From the NCBI GenBank assembly GCA_050633305.1, contig JBOEGF010000018.1:923547-987546 (forward strand): a stretch of 64,000 nucleotides of DNA, given 5' to 3'. Made by a program: the position numbers and the translations under genes. This stretch comes from Nannocystales bacterium. GTDB taxonomy: Bacteria; Myxococcota_A; Polyangia; Nannocystales; Nannocystaceae. Of the stretch, positions 28,874-39,320 are shown in pieces (position 1 is the stretch's first letter; each line of letters opens with the position of its first letter). Below the pieces are notes generated by a model, which made no database searches, was not told the DNA's origin, and worked only from the letters and a program-made list of their open reading frames with translations.

Positions 28874-29015
28874 GACCTCATCGGCGCAAACCCGCTTGGA
28901 CCGCAGCGCGTCTGGCAACGAAAAACGCTCCGTGCCACGGGGAATGGTGGACCCGGTGGTCGGTGGGGGGACCGGGTTCCCGGAACGCGCTGTGTGCGGT
29001 CACCGCGGCCGGACG

Positions 29016-29530
29016 ATGGCATCCTCGGGGCATCAGCGCCGACGATACAATCGCGACCCGAACTCGAAAGCCCGAGCCGGGAGGCATTGTCCTCCCCGAC
29101 GTCGCGTCGGAGGGAGGCGTGTCGGGGTTTCCGAACTCGATCGATCGCTACCGGATTGTCCGGCGCATTGGGTCGGGAGGGATGGGCAGCGTGTTCGAGG
29201 CGGTGGACCCGAGTCTCGACCGCCACGTGGCGATCAAGCTACTGCATGGCGACGCGGACCCCGAGAGCATCGAGGCCAAGCGGTTGCTTCGTGAAGCTCG
29301 GGCCCTCGCTCAACTCGACCACCCGAACATCGTCGAGGTGTATGGCGCAGGGATGGACGCCGGGCGCGTCTGGCTGGCGATGGAGCTGGTCGATGGGCAG
29401 ACGCTCAAGGAGTGGATGCTCGCGAACCCGCCAGGGTCTGCGGCTCAATGCAACGAGGCGCTGGCGTTGCTGAAGCAGGCCGCGGATGGCCTGGAGGCCG
29501 CACACACGGTGTCGATGACCCACCGTGATT
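29016..29530 (+). pseudogene. Ser/Thr kinase pseudogene (N-lobe only)
   Basis: RIGSGGMGSV, VAIKLL, EARALAQLDHPNIV, then HRD followed at once by unrelated sequence; the probable ATG at 29016 is out of frame by 1 nt in a GGGG run. Confidence 0.8.
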
Positions 29531-29531
29531 G

Positions 29532-30490
29532 TCAGTTCACCCGCCACCCACGCGCCCAGGGGCGCATCGCGAGTTCGTCACTGTTTCCGCCCGTATGGTT
29601 GTGGATCTGCCAGACGCCCTCGCGCCGTCGCAGCCGGAAGGCCCACCGGGAGAGGTTGTTCTCGGCCGGGTCTCCGTCCATCGGCATGTAGTGCGTCGCG
29701 CCAGCGACCCCCACGTAGGCGCGGTCGCCTTCGATCCACCAGCCTTCGACCTCGCGCGCGTAGTCCCACGAGCCGAAACTGTCGCCGACCATCGACGCCT
29801 GCTCGGACGCGATCTGCTCCCGCGGACTCTCGTCGAGGTTGGGTGCGACGCTGACTCGCTTCGCGGCATCGAGGGGGAGGCCGGCCTCGAACCAGGTTCG
29901 GACGGGGCCGAGGAGTTCGTCCGGAGCATCGCTGGGCGGGCAGTCGAACTCGTCGGTCCAAGTCTTCAGCGCAAGGGGCTCGCCGCCCGCGTACGGGCGG
30001 AGGCTGGCGCAGCGGACGGAGAGGAGCAAAGGAACAGAAGGCATGCCCAAGCTCAGGTGAAGGCAGACGAGACGTTCGCCGTCGCAGTGACTCTCGTCTC
30101 GACCAAGGACTCGCGGTGTGCCGAGAGCGAGAGCGACTCCGCCGAGGTGGCCGAGTCGAGGCTCAGCTCGACCTCCATCGCGGGCAATGGCCACGGAGCG
30201 AGTCCGGGGAGTCGTACATCCTCAGGGAGTCGGAAATCGGATGGGCGGTCCATCGGCCAAGGCGGGTCATACGCCGCAATGACACTCGTGACCCCGACGA
30301 GGTGGAGCGTCACGGTTCGGTCGTCCATCGGCGATCCGTCGGTGTTGCGACGCATGCATTCATACGTCAGCCGGAGTTCGCGGGTCTCCGGGTCGTATGC
30401 CCCGGTTCTCAAGCAGGCGTCATGGAGCAGGTCGGGATGCTCGGTGCTGCGTCGCTCGGCACCGGCTTCGAGTCTCACGGTGCGCCTCAT
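29532..30490 (-). pseudogene. Hypothetical gene, apparently frameshifted near 30100
   Basis: Two overlapping minus-strand ORFs (30053..30550 and 29532..30194), each protein-like on opposite sides of ~30100. Confidence 0.5.
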
Positions 30491-30596
30491 GGCACAGGCG
30501 TGCGTAGAGAAGGGGGGCGCGAACCCTCGGCGTCCCGGATGAGCGCGCACTCCCGAGCTCCGTCGTCAGCCTGACACGTGCCTCCTTCGGTGTGCA

Positions 30597-33017
30597 TCAC
30601 TGCGCCGAGAGTCGCAGCGGGAAGGTGATCTTCGTCCCGGCCGGAAGGTCGGGCCAGTCGGCTCTGAGAAGTACGGACTTGAAGCAGGCCTTCACGTTCT
30701 TCAGGGCCCCCGCGGTCGTCCGCACCTCCACGCCGTCCGCAGTCCACTCGAGCTCGATCGGGAACACGTACCTCGTGTTGCGGCTGAAGTCGGAAGAACG
30801 CTCGTAACAGGCTCGTAGCGCCCGGCGGACGGCCTGGGCGGGCTTTCGGATGTCGCCCACGCGAATCCCCGTCGGGGTTTTCGGGCGGCCGAAAGTGACG
30901 CGAGCCCGTGGTTGCCAGTTCCGGCTGTTCGACGGCTGGACGAACTCCTGGGGCACGGACCCCACGGTCCCGAAGGAAGGGTCGTTGATGTTCGCGCCCT
31001 CGACGACGTATTCGGACTCCGCGGCGGTGGTGCCCGCGAGGCTGAGCCCGGCGGAGCTCCTCGACGCGGTGGCGCTGGCGCTGACCACGAGCACCTCGGA
31101 GCCCTCAGCCACCAGCCGCGGACGGCCATCACCGATGACTCGGGACCCATCGACGGCGACGAGGCTCGTGAATGCGGTCACGATGTGGTGCCGCAGCCCG
31201 ATCCTCGTGATCGCGGCTTTGGTCGCGTCGTCATGCGACGTCCACCAGTCGAACTCAAGGTCGGCGACGGCCGCCCGAGCCCACAGCGTGTCCAGGGCGT
31301 TCCCTCTGTGCGAGGCGTCCACGACCCTCACGGGGATCTCGACGGGGGCGGGACCTGCGTTGCCCTCAAGGACGAGTCGGGAGGAACCAACATCCCCGTG
31401 ATACTGGCCGTGGACGATCGCTGCGTGGCTGGCAAAAAGACCGCCGAGGTCCTTCGGATGGTACTGGCTCAGCTGCAAGTCCCCGGAGTGCAGGCGAAGG
31501 TCGTCGACGATCGGGTGGTCGACCCAACGGGTGAAGGTTTGCACGACGTGGTGCAGGTCCTCCTGCGTCGCGAGGCGCAGGCCCGCGCCCAGACCCGCCT
31601 TCGACACGCCGTTGATGAGGTGTCCGTTGGGGGAGTCGCCGACCCCGATGCCGAAGACGCGCGCGTGCTGTCCGCGTTCGACCCGGGTCTTCACGAGCGT
31701 CCGGGTGGTCCGGATGACCTCGTCCTCGAACGAGATGAAGCCGTCGGTCAGTAGGAACACGTACCGGTGACGGCCGCGCTCCACGTCGTCGTGCAGTGCC
31801 AATTCGATGGCGTCGCCCATCTCCGTGCCGCCGCCTGACTCGAGACCGTCGAGGAATCGCAGCGCCTTCGCCAAGTTGGCGGCGTTGGCGGGACGGGGTC
31901 TCCCGAACAGCCGGGCGATCCCAGACTCGAAGGTCACCACGTCGAACGTATCGACGGGGCGCATATGGGTGAGCGCCCGGCGGACGGTCTCCTTGGACAA
32001 TGCGAGCGGCTCACCGCCCATGGAGCCCGAGCGGTCGATGACGAAGACGAACTCCCGTCGCCCGACGAGAGCGTCGACGTCGAGGTCGGGCGGGTGGACC
32101 ACGAGGGCGAAGCGGCCGCGGCCCAACACATCCTGCGGGCCGAGGAACATGGTCGCGCGGGGGTCGGGTCCGGCCACGGCATAGCGAAGGACGAAGTCTC
32201 GGTTGGGGCGCTCGTCCGCCCTCGCCAGTTCGACGTGTAGTTCGCCTGCTACGACCTCTCCGACGACCTCGTGCGTCGGAGTCCACCACCGCTCGATCGG
32301 GTGTCCGGTCTTCGCGCGGATGCGGAGTTCGATGTCGTCACCTCGACGCAGGCCCGCTCCCGCGATGGCGGGCGAGACTCTGCCCGCGTCGGCCGTCGTT
32401 CCATGGTCGTACCGGGGGCCGATCACCATCGGAAAGACGAACTCGTACGTGCCCGCGTCGTAGCTCAGCGTCTGGACGTAGTCGATCTCAACGTCGATGT
32501 CTTCGCCTGGGGGGATATTCGCGAGGGACTGGGTGAAGACGTTGGGGCGTTCTTGTTCGAGAAGCGCGGCGGCGTGCCCCTGCTCCTTGGCCTCCTCGTA
32601 GGTCATCCGCGCCTGTTCACGATCCTGGATTCGGCTCTCGATGACCCGCCCGCCAACGACCAGTCGCATCCGAGACACGGCAGCGTTCTCGGGCAGGGGA
32701 AAAGCGAAAACTACCTCTATGACGTCGGTGGCCTCGTTGCGGAAGGTCTGCGAGACCGTGACGTCTGCAACGTGTCCGGTGAGCACCGCGTCGACATCGG
32801 TGTGCACGAGGGGGAGTGCGGTCCCTGTGCCATCGACCACCGTAGGAAGGTCGCCGGGGTCGGTGTGGCTCCACAGTCCGCCCGGGGTGGCGCGCCCGCC
32901 CTTCCACGCTCGAGAACCGTCGATCTCCTCGGGCTCGACGGTTCTCGAGCGCCCCGAGGTGCAGGCTGTCAGGAGGAGGAGGAGGAGGAGTCCCCAGCCA
33001 AGCCGTCTCGCTGTCAT
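30597..33017 (-). CDS. VIT + vWA domain lipoprotein with C-terminal AgmX/PglI (TonB_C-like) domain
   Basis: Lipobox LTAC, FPLPENAAV and LLEQERPNVFTQS (VIT), DRSGSM MIDAS, LTDG, TAFTSLVAVD, LRACYE C-terminal domain. Confidence 0.9.
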   Translation of the reverse strand: MTARRLGWGLLLLLLLTACTSGRSRTVEPEEIDGSRAWKGGRATPGGLWSHTDPGDLPTVVDGTGTALPLVHTDVDAVLTGHVADVTVSQTFRNEATDVIEVVFAFPLPENAAVSRMRLVVGGRVIESRIQDREQARMTYEEAKEQGHAAALLEQERPNVFTQSLANIPPGEDIDVEIDYVQTLSYDAGTYEFVFPMVIGPRYDHGTTADAGRVSPAIAGAGLRRGDDIELRIRAKTGHPIERWWTPTHEVVGEVVAGELHVELARADERPNRDFVLRYAVAGPDPRATMFLGPQDVLGRGRFALVVHPPDLDVDALVGRREFVFVIDRSGSMGGEPLALSKETVRRALTHMRPVDTFDVVTFESGIARLFGRPRPANAANLAKALRFLDGLESGGGTEMGDAIELALHDDVERGRHRYVFLLTDGFISFEDEVIRTTRTLVKTRVERGQHARVFGIGVGDSPNGHLINGVSKAGLGAGLRLATQEDLHHVVQTFTRWVDHPIVDDLRLHSGDLQLSQYHPKDLGGLFASHAAIVHGQYHGDVGSSRLVLEGNAGPAPVEIPVRVVDASHRGNALDTLWARAAVADLEFDWWTSHDDATKAAITRIGLRHHIVTAFTSLVAVDGSRVIGDGRPRLVAEGSEVLVVSASATASRSSAGLSLAGTTAAESEYVVEGANINDPSFGTVGSVPQEFVQPSNSRNWQPRARVTFGRPKTPTGIRVGDIRKPAQAVRRALRACYERSSDFSRNTRYVFPIELEWTADGVEVRTTAGALKNVKACFKSVLLRADWPDLPAGTKITFPLRLSAQ

Positions 33018-33209
33018 GACGGGCCAACGAGGACGCGAGCCGGACCCTACAGATTCCTGGGATGAACGGCGCGCGTGGGCATCCGTTTCGGTTGTTGCGG
33101 ACTCGCTGCGGTCTACCGGGGAGGGATGCGGAACCGCGCGTCGGTTGGGCCAAGAACTCGTGGGCTCCCACATCGCCAGCCGGCCCCGTTGGCGACTACC
33201 ATCGGGGGG

Positions 33210-36137
33210 GTGAAGGGGTGTTTCGATGAAGAACAGCTACGCGCGCGTGTGGCGGGCGTAGCGTCCCCCAAGGAGGTCGCACTCCAGAACGTTCATGTCG
33301 CGTTGTGCCCACGTTGTCGGGAACGACTCGCCGAGGCGTTTCAAGCCATCACGAGAGACGTGAACCGTGCGCGTACTCCCTCGGCATGCCGTCCCGGAGA
33401 TACGGTCGGGCGATACGTCATCGAGCGCAAGATCGGCGAGGGAGGCATGGGCACGGTCTATGCTGCGTTCGACCCTCGCCTCGAGCGAACGGTCGCGATC
33501 AAGGCTCTGCACCTGTCGAACCGGACTCCGGATGCGGCGCGAGAGGAGCTGCGCCACGAAGCCCGAGCGATGGCGCAGGTTCGCAGCGATCACGTTGTGA
33601 GCGTGTATGAGGTCGTGGAGTCCCACAACGACCTGTTTCTCGTGATGGAGCTGGTCGAAGGGGTGAGCTTGAGCCGGTGGCTCAAGAAACGGGACCGCCC
33701 CTGGAAGGAGATGCTCGAGCTCCTCCTCCAAGCCGGGCGGGGGCTGGCCGACGCACACGAATGCGGCGTTCTGCACCGCGACTTCAAGCCCCTCAACGTT
33801 CTGGTCCGTGATCCGGACGCGCTGCATCCGGCCGCCCTCGTCACCGACTTCGGACTGTCCACGGTGCTGGACGTGCCGCGACTCGTCACGACCGGGCGAG
33901 CGCCGGGGTCGAGCTGGGAGACGGAAGACCAGGGGAGCACGGTTCGCGGAACGCCCAAGTACATGGCCCCCGAGCTGCTCAACCGCATGCCCATCGGGCC
34001 GCCGGCGGATCAGTTCGCGTTTGCGGTCTCCGTGTACCAAACACTTTGGCGACGCGCGCCGTTCTCGGGCGAAGGCCTCGCGGCGCTCCGAGATGCGATG
34101 ATGGCCGACGGGCCCGCGGCGCCGCCCAAGCGGGGCCGAGCCAAGGTGCTCTGGCCGACCATTCGCCGGGGACTCGCCTGGGACCCCGCGGAGCGGTGGC
34201 CAGACATGACGGCTTTTTGCGACGCACTCGAGGCCGCGCGAGACGGCGCCGCTGGAAAGCGGCCATTCATCGCCACCGTCGCCGTGGCTTGCTCGGCAGC
34301 GGCGCTTGTCGCTGGAGGAGGAGAAGCTTCCGCAGCGTGTGATGGCGCGGGAGCGGCGATGCAAGCGGCCTGGGACGCTTCGGCTCGCGCTCGGGTGGTG
34401 GCATCACTACGCAGCAGCGGGACTCCCTTGGCCGCCCACGCCAGCGCTTCCTACACGACCACTGTGGACGCTTACGCGGAGCGGTGGATCTCGATGCGCG
34501 TTGAGGTCTGCGAGGATGCGGGAGCCCTCGGGGCGAGCCCTTCGAAACGCGGTGCGCGACTGCGGTGCCTGCAACAGGGCCTCTCTGCGACGAAGGCCGC
34601 TGTCGAGACGGTCGTCTCCGGGAAGGCGGGGGTCGAAGACGTCGCGGATATCGCGGCAGAGCTCCCTTCGTTGGCGGCCTGCACGGCCGACCGCGTTGGC
34701 CTTACCACCGGGCTGCAGGCCTCAGGCGTGGACGAGGAGATGGCACGGATGATCGAAGGCGAGTTGGCGACGGCAGCCTCGCTCCGGACTGCCGGCTCTC
34801 TTCGTCCAGCTCGCGAAGCCGCGCAGGTCGCAGTGGAGCTTGCGCATCGCCACGGCGATGCTCGGGCCGAGGCTCGCGGCCTGTTGATCCGAGGCTCGCT
34901 CGAGAACATCCTCGACGGCGCTGAGCAAGCCAGAACGACCTTGTTGCAGGCGCTGCTCCTGTTCCGCGGCTTGGACGACCGAGCCTCCGTCGTCCGGGTG
35001 GAGGCGAAGTTGTCGACGCTGTCCTCGGGCCTCGATCGCCGTACCTGGTCGGAGCGGGCGATGCTGGACGCGGTTGGGATCCGAGACCCAGAGGTCCATG
35101 CCATCGCGGTTGATGCCGCTGGCCTCGATGCCTACTACGCGGGCGAACTCTCCACGGCCCAGGAGCGCTTCTCCCTTGCGCTGCAACACGCGGCGGAAAG
35201 TTCTGCCGCCACGCGCTCGAAGATCCTCCAGCACCTCGGCGCCACGTTTGAGCAGCGCGGGGAGCTGCCGGCGGCGGCCGAACACTTCCGCGCCGCGATG
35301 GACTTGGACGTCGAACACTATGGCCCCGAACACCCGCGTGTGGTGCAGGGCGTACTCACCCTGGCCGACCTGCTGATCCACGACTCGAAGCTCTCGGATG
35401 CGGGTGCCTTGCTCGAAGGCGTCTTGGAGACCTGCCGCGCGAACCAGCATCCGCCGCGCGTTCTCGCGGATGCGTTGGTGACGAGCGGGGACCTGCAGAC
35501 GCGGGTGGGGGACCTGGCTGCGGCCAAGGCGCTCCTCGCCGAAGCGGTCGAGCTCTCCGATGCCAACCCCGACATCCCGCGGCGCATCCTGTCAGACGGT
35601 CTTCAGCTCCTCAGCCAGGTGCACCAGCTCGAAGGCGATGCCGACGCGGCACGACCGCTCCGAGAGCGCGCGGTGACAGTGCTTCAAGAGTCCCAAGGTC
35701 CCGACGACCCGCGCACAGCCGCGGCGGAGGTCGCCCTTGCATGGACCCTCCGCGAACTCGAGCTCCACGACGAGGCTCGGGCCCTCGGCATGCATGCGCT
35801 CGAGGTGTTCGGCGACCATGAGGGCTTCATTCGGATGATCCCGTGGACCCACAACTTGCTCGGCTGCGTCGCGCGCGACACCGGGGACTCGGCGTCCGCG
35901 ATCGAGCACCACCGGTTCGCCTATGACGTGCTGACCACGTTGGCCGGCACTCCGGGGCCATCCGAGCTGCAGACGCTTCTGTTCAAAGCCCGTGCGGAAC
36001 GCCAAGCGGGAGAACGGGACGCCGCGACCCGGACCCTGGAGCGCGCCCAGGAGGTTCGTGACGAGCATGAGGCCGATCTCGAGCCACAGCTCGTCGAAGA
36101 GCTGGATTCACTGGTCGAACTCCATGCGGCGGAGTGA
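33210..36137 (+). CDS. Ser/Thr protein kinase with N-terminal zf-HC2-like domain, TM and TPR repeats
   Basis: H...C..C N-terminus, GEGGMG, HRDFKP.N, DFG, GTPKYMAPE, DQFAF, YGPEHP TPR repeats. Confidence 0.93.
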   Translation: MKGCFDEEQLRARVAGVASPKEVALQNVHVALCPRCRERLAEAFQAITRDVNRARTPSACRPGDTVGRYVIERKIGEGGMGTVYAAFDPRLERTVAIKALHLSNRTPDAAREELRHEARAMAQVRSDHVVSVYEVVESHNDLFLVMELVEGVSLSRWLKKRDRPWKEMLELLLQAGRGLADAHECGVLHRDFKPLNVLVRDPDALHPAALVTDFGLSTVLDVPRLVTTGRAPGSSWETEDQGSTVRGTPKYMAPELLNRMPIGPPADQFAFAVSVYQTLWRRAPFSGEGLAALRDAMMADGPAAPPKRGRAKVLWPTIRRGLAWDPAERWPDMTAFCDALEAARDGAAGKRPFIATVAVACSAAALVAGGGEASAACDGAGAAMQAAWDASARARVVASLRSSGTPLAAHASASYTTTVDAYAERWISMRVEVCEDAGALGASPSKRGARLRCLQQGLSATKAAVETVVSGKAGVEDVADIAAELPSLAACTADRVGLTTGLQASGVDEEMARMIEGELATAASLRTAGSLRPAREAAQVAVELAHRHGDARAEARGLLIRGSLENILDGAEQARTTLLQALLLFRGLDDRASVVRVEAKLSTLSSGLDRRTWSERAMLDAVGIRDPEVHAIAVDAAGLDAYYAGELSTAQERFSLALQHAAESSAATRSKILQHLGATFEQRGELPAAAEHFRAAMDLDVEHYGPEHPRVVQGVLTLADLLIHDSKLSDAGALLEGVLETCRANQHPPRVLADALVTSGDLQTRVGDLAAAKALLAEAVELSDANPDIPRRILSDGLQLLSQVHQLEGDADAARPLRERAVTVLQESQGPDDPRTAAAEVALAWTLRELELHDEARALGMHALEVFGDHEGFIRMIPWTHNLLGCVARDTGDSASAIEHHRFAYDVLTTLAGTPGPSELQTLLFKARAERQAGERDAATRTLERAQEVRDEHEADLEPQLVEELDSLVELHAAE

Positions 36138-36311
36138 CCCTCGGGGCCGCCCTCGCCTTGCTGCGCGTCTGCGCGCCTTGCGTTACATCTCACCGCATCC
36201 GGCGAACGTGTGCGTCTGCCGCTCGCGAGGGCGCGTTCTTGCTCTGATGGCGTGCGCAACCGAGGATGGGAGACTCGCTCTTGCCGAACCGAACAAAGAA
36301 TCGCCGTCAGG

Positions 36312-36339
36312 TTCACCCGTTTCGGCGAGTCCGTGTCCC
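36312..36339 (+). promoter_or_regulatory. Putative ECF promoter, copy 1 (TTCACCCGTTTCG-N10-GTCCC)
   Basis: Identical motif and spacing at 40168-40195. Confidence 0.7.
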
Positions 36340-36346
36340 CAAGGAG

Positions 36347-37537
36347 ATGCGCATGCTTGGTTCCCAGGGTTTCGCTGCCGCGCTTGGCGCTGAGCACTCG
36401 TCCGAGCGGATGCCGCGGGTCCGACGCAGCGACGTCGTTTCTTGTTGGCTACTGGGCGTTGCGCTGGCGCTGTCGGTCCTGACCCCGCACGAGGTTGCGG
36501 CTGGACCTGCTGGTTCGGGTGAACCGTCGGAGTCGGTGCAACCCAAGGTCGTCCTCGCTGCGGACCGCGCGGCGTTGCGCCGATTTGGCGGCGTTCTCGA
36601 TGCCGCGCGCGCGAACCTTTCTGCCCAAGGGGTGGCGCTTTCACTCGTCGAGGTCGGCGGAACCGAGGGAGCGTCAGCGGTCGCCCCTTCCGAACTCGCG
36701 GGCGGTGCGCTGGGCGTGTTCTGGCTTGATGACGTGGATTCGGGCCCGCTACGGGTCGTCTTGCAAGTCGCCGACGGCCGTCGCTTTGCCCGGACGATCG
36801 CCGCCGCCGAGATGGATCCGTCGACCGTCGAGGAGACGGTTTGGCTCATCATCCAATCCAACAGCCTCGCGCTGGCGATGGGAGCCCGACCTTCGATGGA
36901 GGAAGAACCGCCCGCCAAACCCAAGCCTGCGGATCCTGTGCCGCCGGTCGTTCCCCCGTTCACGCTCGATGGGCAGGTTCGTGTGGTGTCGCCGAAACCG
37001 GTGTTCGAACTCGGCGCGAGTTACTCGGGCGTGAGTGTCGGTCGGCGACTGCCCTGGCAACACGGGGCCGAGATCGATGCGTCGTTTCACATGGACGGTG
37101 CGTGGGTCTTGGGCGCGGGCTTTTCCCTCGCGTGGCCCAGTGGCTCGGCAGTTCCCGTGGGGTGGCAGCAGCGGGCCGAGCTTCGCGGGGGCGCACGCGC
37201 GCGGCTGAACCGCTTCTTGGAGGCGCGAATCATGGCGCACGTGGGTGCCGCAGGACTGCAGTGGGTCAATGCTGATGCCGACGCGAGCGGGTGGCGAGCG
37301 CTGGCGGTAGCCGGGCTCGACACCGGTGTGTTGGTCCGTCTCTTCGGTCCGGTTCGTCTCTGGGTCGCGCCGGGCTTCACCGCGGCGCTCAACCGGTTTC
37401 CGCTGACGGAGTGCGCGGCCGATGCCGCGACGTGCGTCGGCGAGGGACGTCGTGTGGTCTTCGAGATGTGGCGTGTCCAGCCCCGACTTCGCGCCGGCAT
37501 CCGGATCGAACTTCCAACCGTGGCAGGTGCGAGATGA
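36347..37537 (+). CDS. Secreted/outer-membrane protein of ECF cassette 2
   Basis: Signal peptide, Pro-rich linker, amphipathic beta-strand C-terminus; start at 36347 or 36410. Confidence 0.72.
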   Translation: MRMLGSQGFAAALGAEHSSERMPRVRRSDVVSCWLLGVALALSVLTPHEVAAGPAGSGEPSESVQPKVVLAADRAALRRFGGVLDAARANLSAQGVALSLVEVGGTEGASAVAPSELAGGALGVFWLDDVDSGPLRVVLQVADGRRFARTIAAAEMDPSTVEETVWLIIQSNSLALAMGARPSMEEEPPAKPKPADPVPPVVPPFTLDGQVRVVSPKPVFELGASYSGVSVGRRLPWQHGAEIDASFHMDGAWVLGAGFSLAWPSGSAVPVGWQQRAELRGGARARLNRFLEARIMAHVGAAGLQWVNADADASGWRALAVAGLDTGVLVRLFGPVRLWVAPGFTAALNRFPLTECAADAATCVGEGRRVVFEMWRVQPRLRAGIRIELPTVAGAR

Positions 37538-38175
37538 GCACCCCCGCACTCGTGCTTCCGGGCGTTGTGTTCCCCCGACTGACCGAATGGCTGTTGTCAT
37601 TTGCGCGGTCCAAGCTGCTGGGGACAAACCCTCGTGATGCCGATCTGCAGCTCGTTCGAGAGGTCACAGATGGCCTGCCCGGGGCTGAAGAACGCCTGTT
37701 GCGGCTGTTGCTGCCCCATGTTCGCGCCGTCGCAAACGCGATCGTCGGCCGCGGATCGGAAGTCGACGATGCGGTCCAGGTCGCCACCTTGCAGATTCTG
37801 GACGATCTGAGGGGCTACCGAGGTGATGCGCGCCTGGTGCGTTGGGCGCGAACGGTCGCGGCGCGCGTGTGTCTTCGCCTGCGAGCCAAACGACGCCGCT
37901 GGCTTCGGAACGCAGAACTCGCGCAACCGAGCCAGGCGCACACCAGGACGCCCGAATACGATCTTCCCCGCGATGTTCAGGCGCTGCTCGAGCAACTCCC
38001 GGCCCAACAGCGGGAAGCTGTCGTCCTGCGCCATGTACTCGGCTACACCGTGGCCGAGGTTGCCGAGCTGACGGATGCTGCGCACGACACGGTCAAGTCT
38101 CGGCTGTTGTTCGGCCGCCGCGCGCTCCGGGCTCTGCTCTCCTCGGAAGCCGAAGAAAGGGGCCTCGTTCGATGA
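37534..38175 (+). CDS. ECF sigma factor
   Basis: DDAVQ..L...L..YRGDA.L..W, LP.QQREAVVLRH, TVKSRL..GR; ATGA coupling on both sides. Confidence 0.9.
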   Translation: MSTPALVLPGVVFPRLTEWLLSFARSKLLGTNPRDADLQLVREVTDGLPGAEERLLRLLLPHVRAVANAIVGRGSEVDDAVQVATLQILDDLRGYRGDARLVRWARTVAARVCLRLRAKRRRWLRNAELAQPSQAHTRTPEYDLPRDVQALLEQLPAQQREAVVLRHVLGYTVAEVAELTDAAHDTVKSRLLFGRRALRALLSSEAEERGLVR

Positions 38176-39317
38176 GGGACTGGTACGAGGTCGCGGACCG
38201 GGAGGCCGTCGGCGAGGCGCTCTCCGAGGAGGAACTGCAGCTGCTCTCCGAGCCGCCCGACGCGAAGTCGCTGGCGGAGGCGCAGCTGTATCGGTCACTC
38301 AAAGACTTGGGGGAGCCCGGTCCTCTCGTTGTCGAAGACCTCGAACGCGTTCAGGCTGCGCTCCATCGACGTCGGCGACGGCCTTCGCCCGTGGTTCGTG
38401 TGGCGGTATTCGCCGTGTTGAGCTGTGCGGCTGCGGCCGCACTCGCGTGGGTTGTTCGCCCCGCGACGTTCGGGGTTCTCCCCGCTGAGACCGGAGATGC
38501 GCGGGTCGTGTCGGGCTCGCTCGCGTACGACACCGCCGAGGTGTCCAGAGGGGGCCTGCTGCTCCTTGGCCGTTGGGGCGTGGCGAAGAACGAAGCCTGC
38601 GTTCATACGCCGGGCCTGGATGCTTGCGTCGATCGATCGACGCGCCTCGCCTACGCCGAGGGAGAGCTTCGAGTCGCCGATGGAAACGGGAGACTGCAGG
38701 GGAGCGGCCGTGTGCGGAGCGGAGGCGCTCAGTTCGATGCCCTGGCCGCACGCTTCACCCTGGAGGCTGGCGGTTCGGAGACCTCGATCTTCGTCGTCGA
38801 TGGGGAAGTGGTCGTGACGGCCGCCGAGGGACTCTCACGTGTCGGTCCTGGCGAGCGCTGGCCTCCTCCCACGTTGGCCCAGGCGGACCCTCCGGGGGTT
38901 GTTGAACGGACCGTACCCGACCCCGCGGACGTCCCAACGTCTCCACGCCCCGAGCGGGTTCGAACGCCTGCCGAGCTCCTCGACCGCGCCCGGCGACACG
39001 TTGCCGCAGGCCGGATCGACGCCGCGCTGCGGGCCTATGCCGAGCTGAGACGAGACCATCCCCGAACGTCAGCGGCGCGGGCCGCCAACGTTTCGATCGG
39101 TGAACTGCAGCTGCAGCGGGGTCGGTCGAAGGCCGCTTTGCGGGCGTTCTCTCGCTATCTCGAATCGGGGGGCGGACCCCTCGCCGAAGAGGCGTTGTGG
39201 GGGCAGGTGCGGGTGTTTCACAAGCTCAAACGCTCCGGAGATGAGGAGGCGGCCGTTCGCCGTCTCTCCAAACGTTTCCCCAAGAGCGTCTACTTGGACC
39301 TGGCTTCGCGGCTTTGA
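38172..39317 (+). CDS. Putative anti-sigma factor (TM, FecR-like region, C-terminal TPR)
   Basis: Single TM after an Arg run, V.DGEVVV FecR-like strand, TPR helices ending FPKSVY. Confidence 0.8.
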   Translation: MRDWYEVADREAVGEALSEEELQLLSEPPDAKSLAEAQLYRSLKDLGEPGPLVVEDLERVQAALHRRRRRPSPVVRVAVFAVLSCAAAAALAWVVRPATFGVLPAETGDARVVSGSLAYDTAEVSRGGLLLLGRWGVAKNEACVHTPGLDACVDRSTRLAYAEGELRVADGNGRLQGSGRVRSGGAQFDALAARFTLEAGGSETSIFVVDGEVVVTAAEGLSRVGPGERWPPPTLAQADPPGVVERTVPDPADVPTSPRPERVRTPAELLDRARRHVAAGRIDAALRAYAELRRDHPRTSAARAANVSIGELQLQRGRSKAALRAFSRYLESGGGPLAEEALWGQVRVFHKLKRSGDEEAAVRRLSKRFPKSVYLDLASRL

Positions 39318-39320
39318 CGT

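Noticed and set aside
28843..29691. Intact 282-aa kinase as given in the ORF track
   Set aside because: The N-terminal extension covers the MerR promoter, and the tail after HRD is antisense of another gene with no DFG or APE motif.
32971..32990. (AGG)n tract as a phase-variation site
   Set aside because: In-frame triplet repeat encoding the poly-Leu signal peptide; slippage would not shift the frame.
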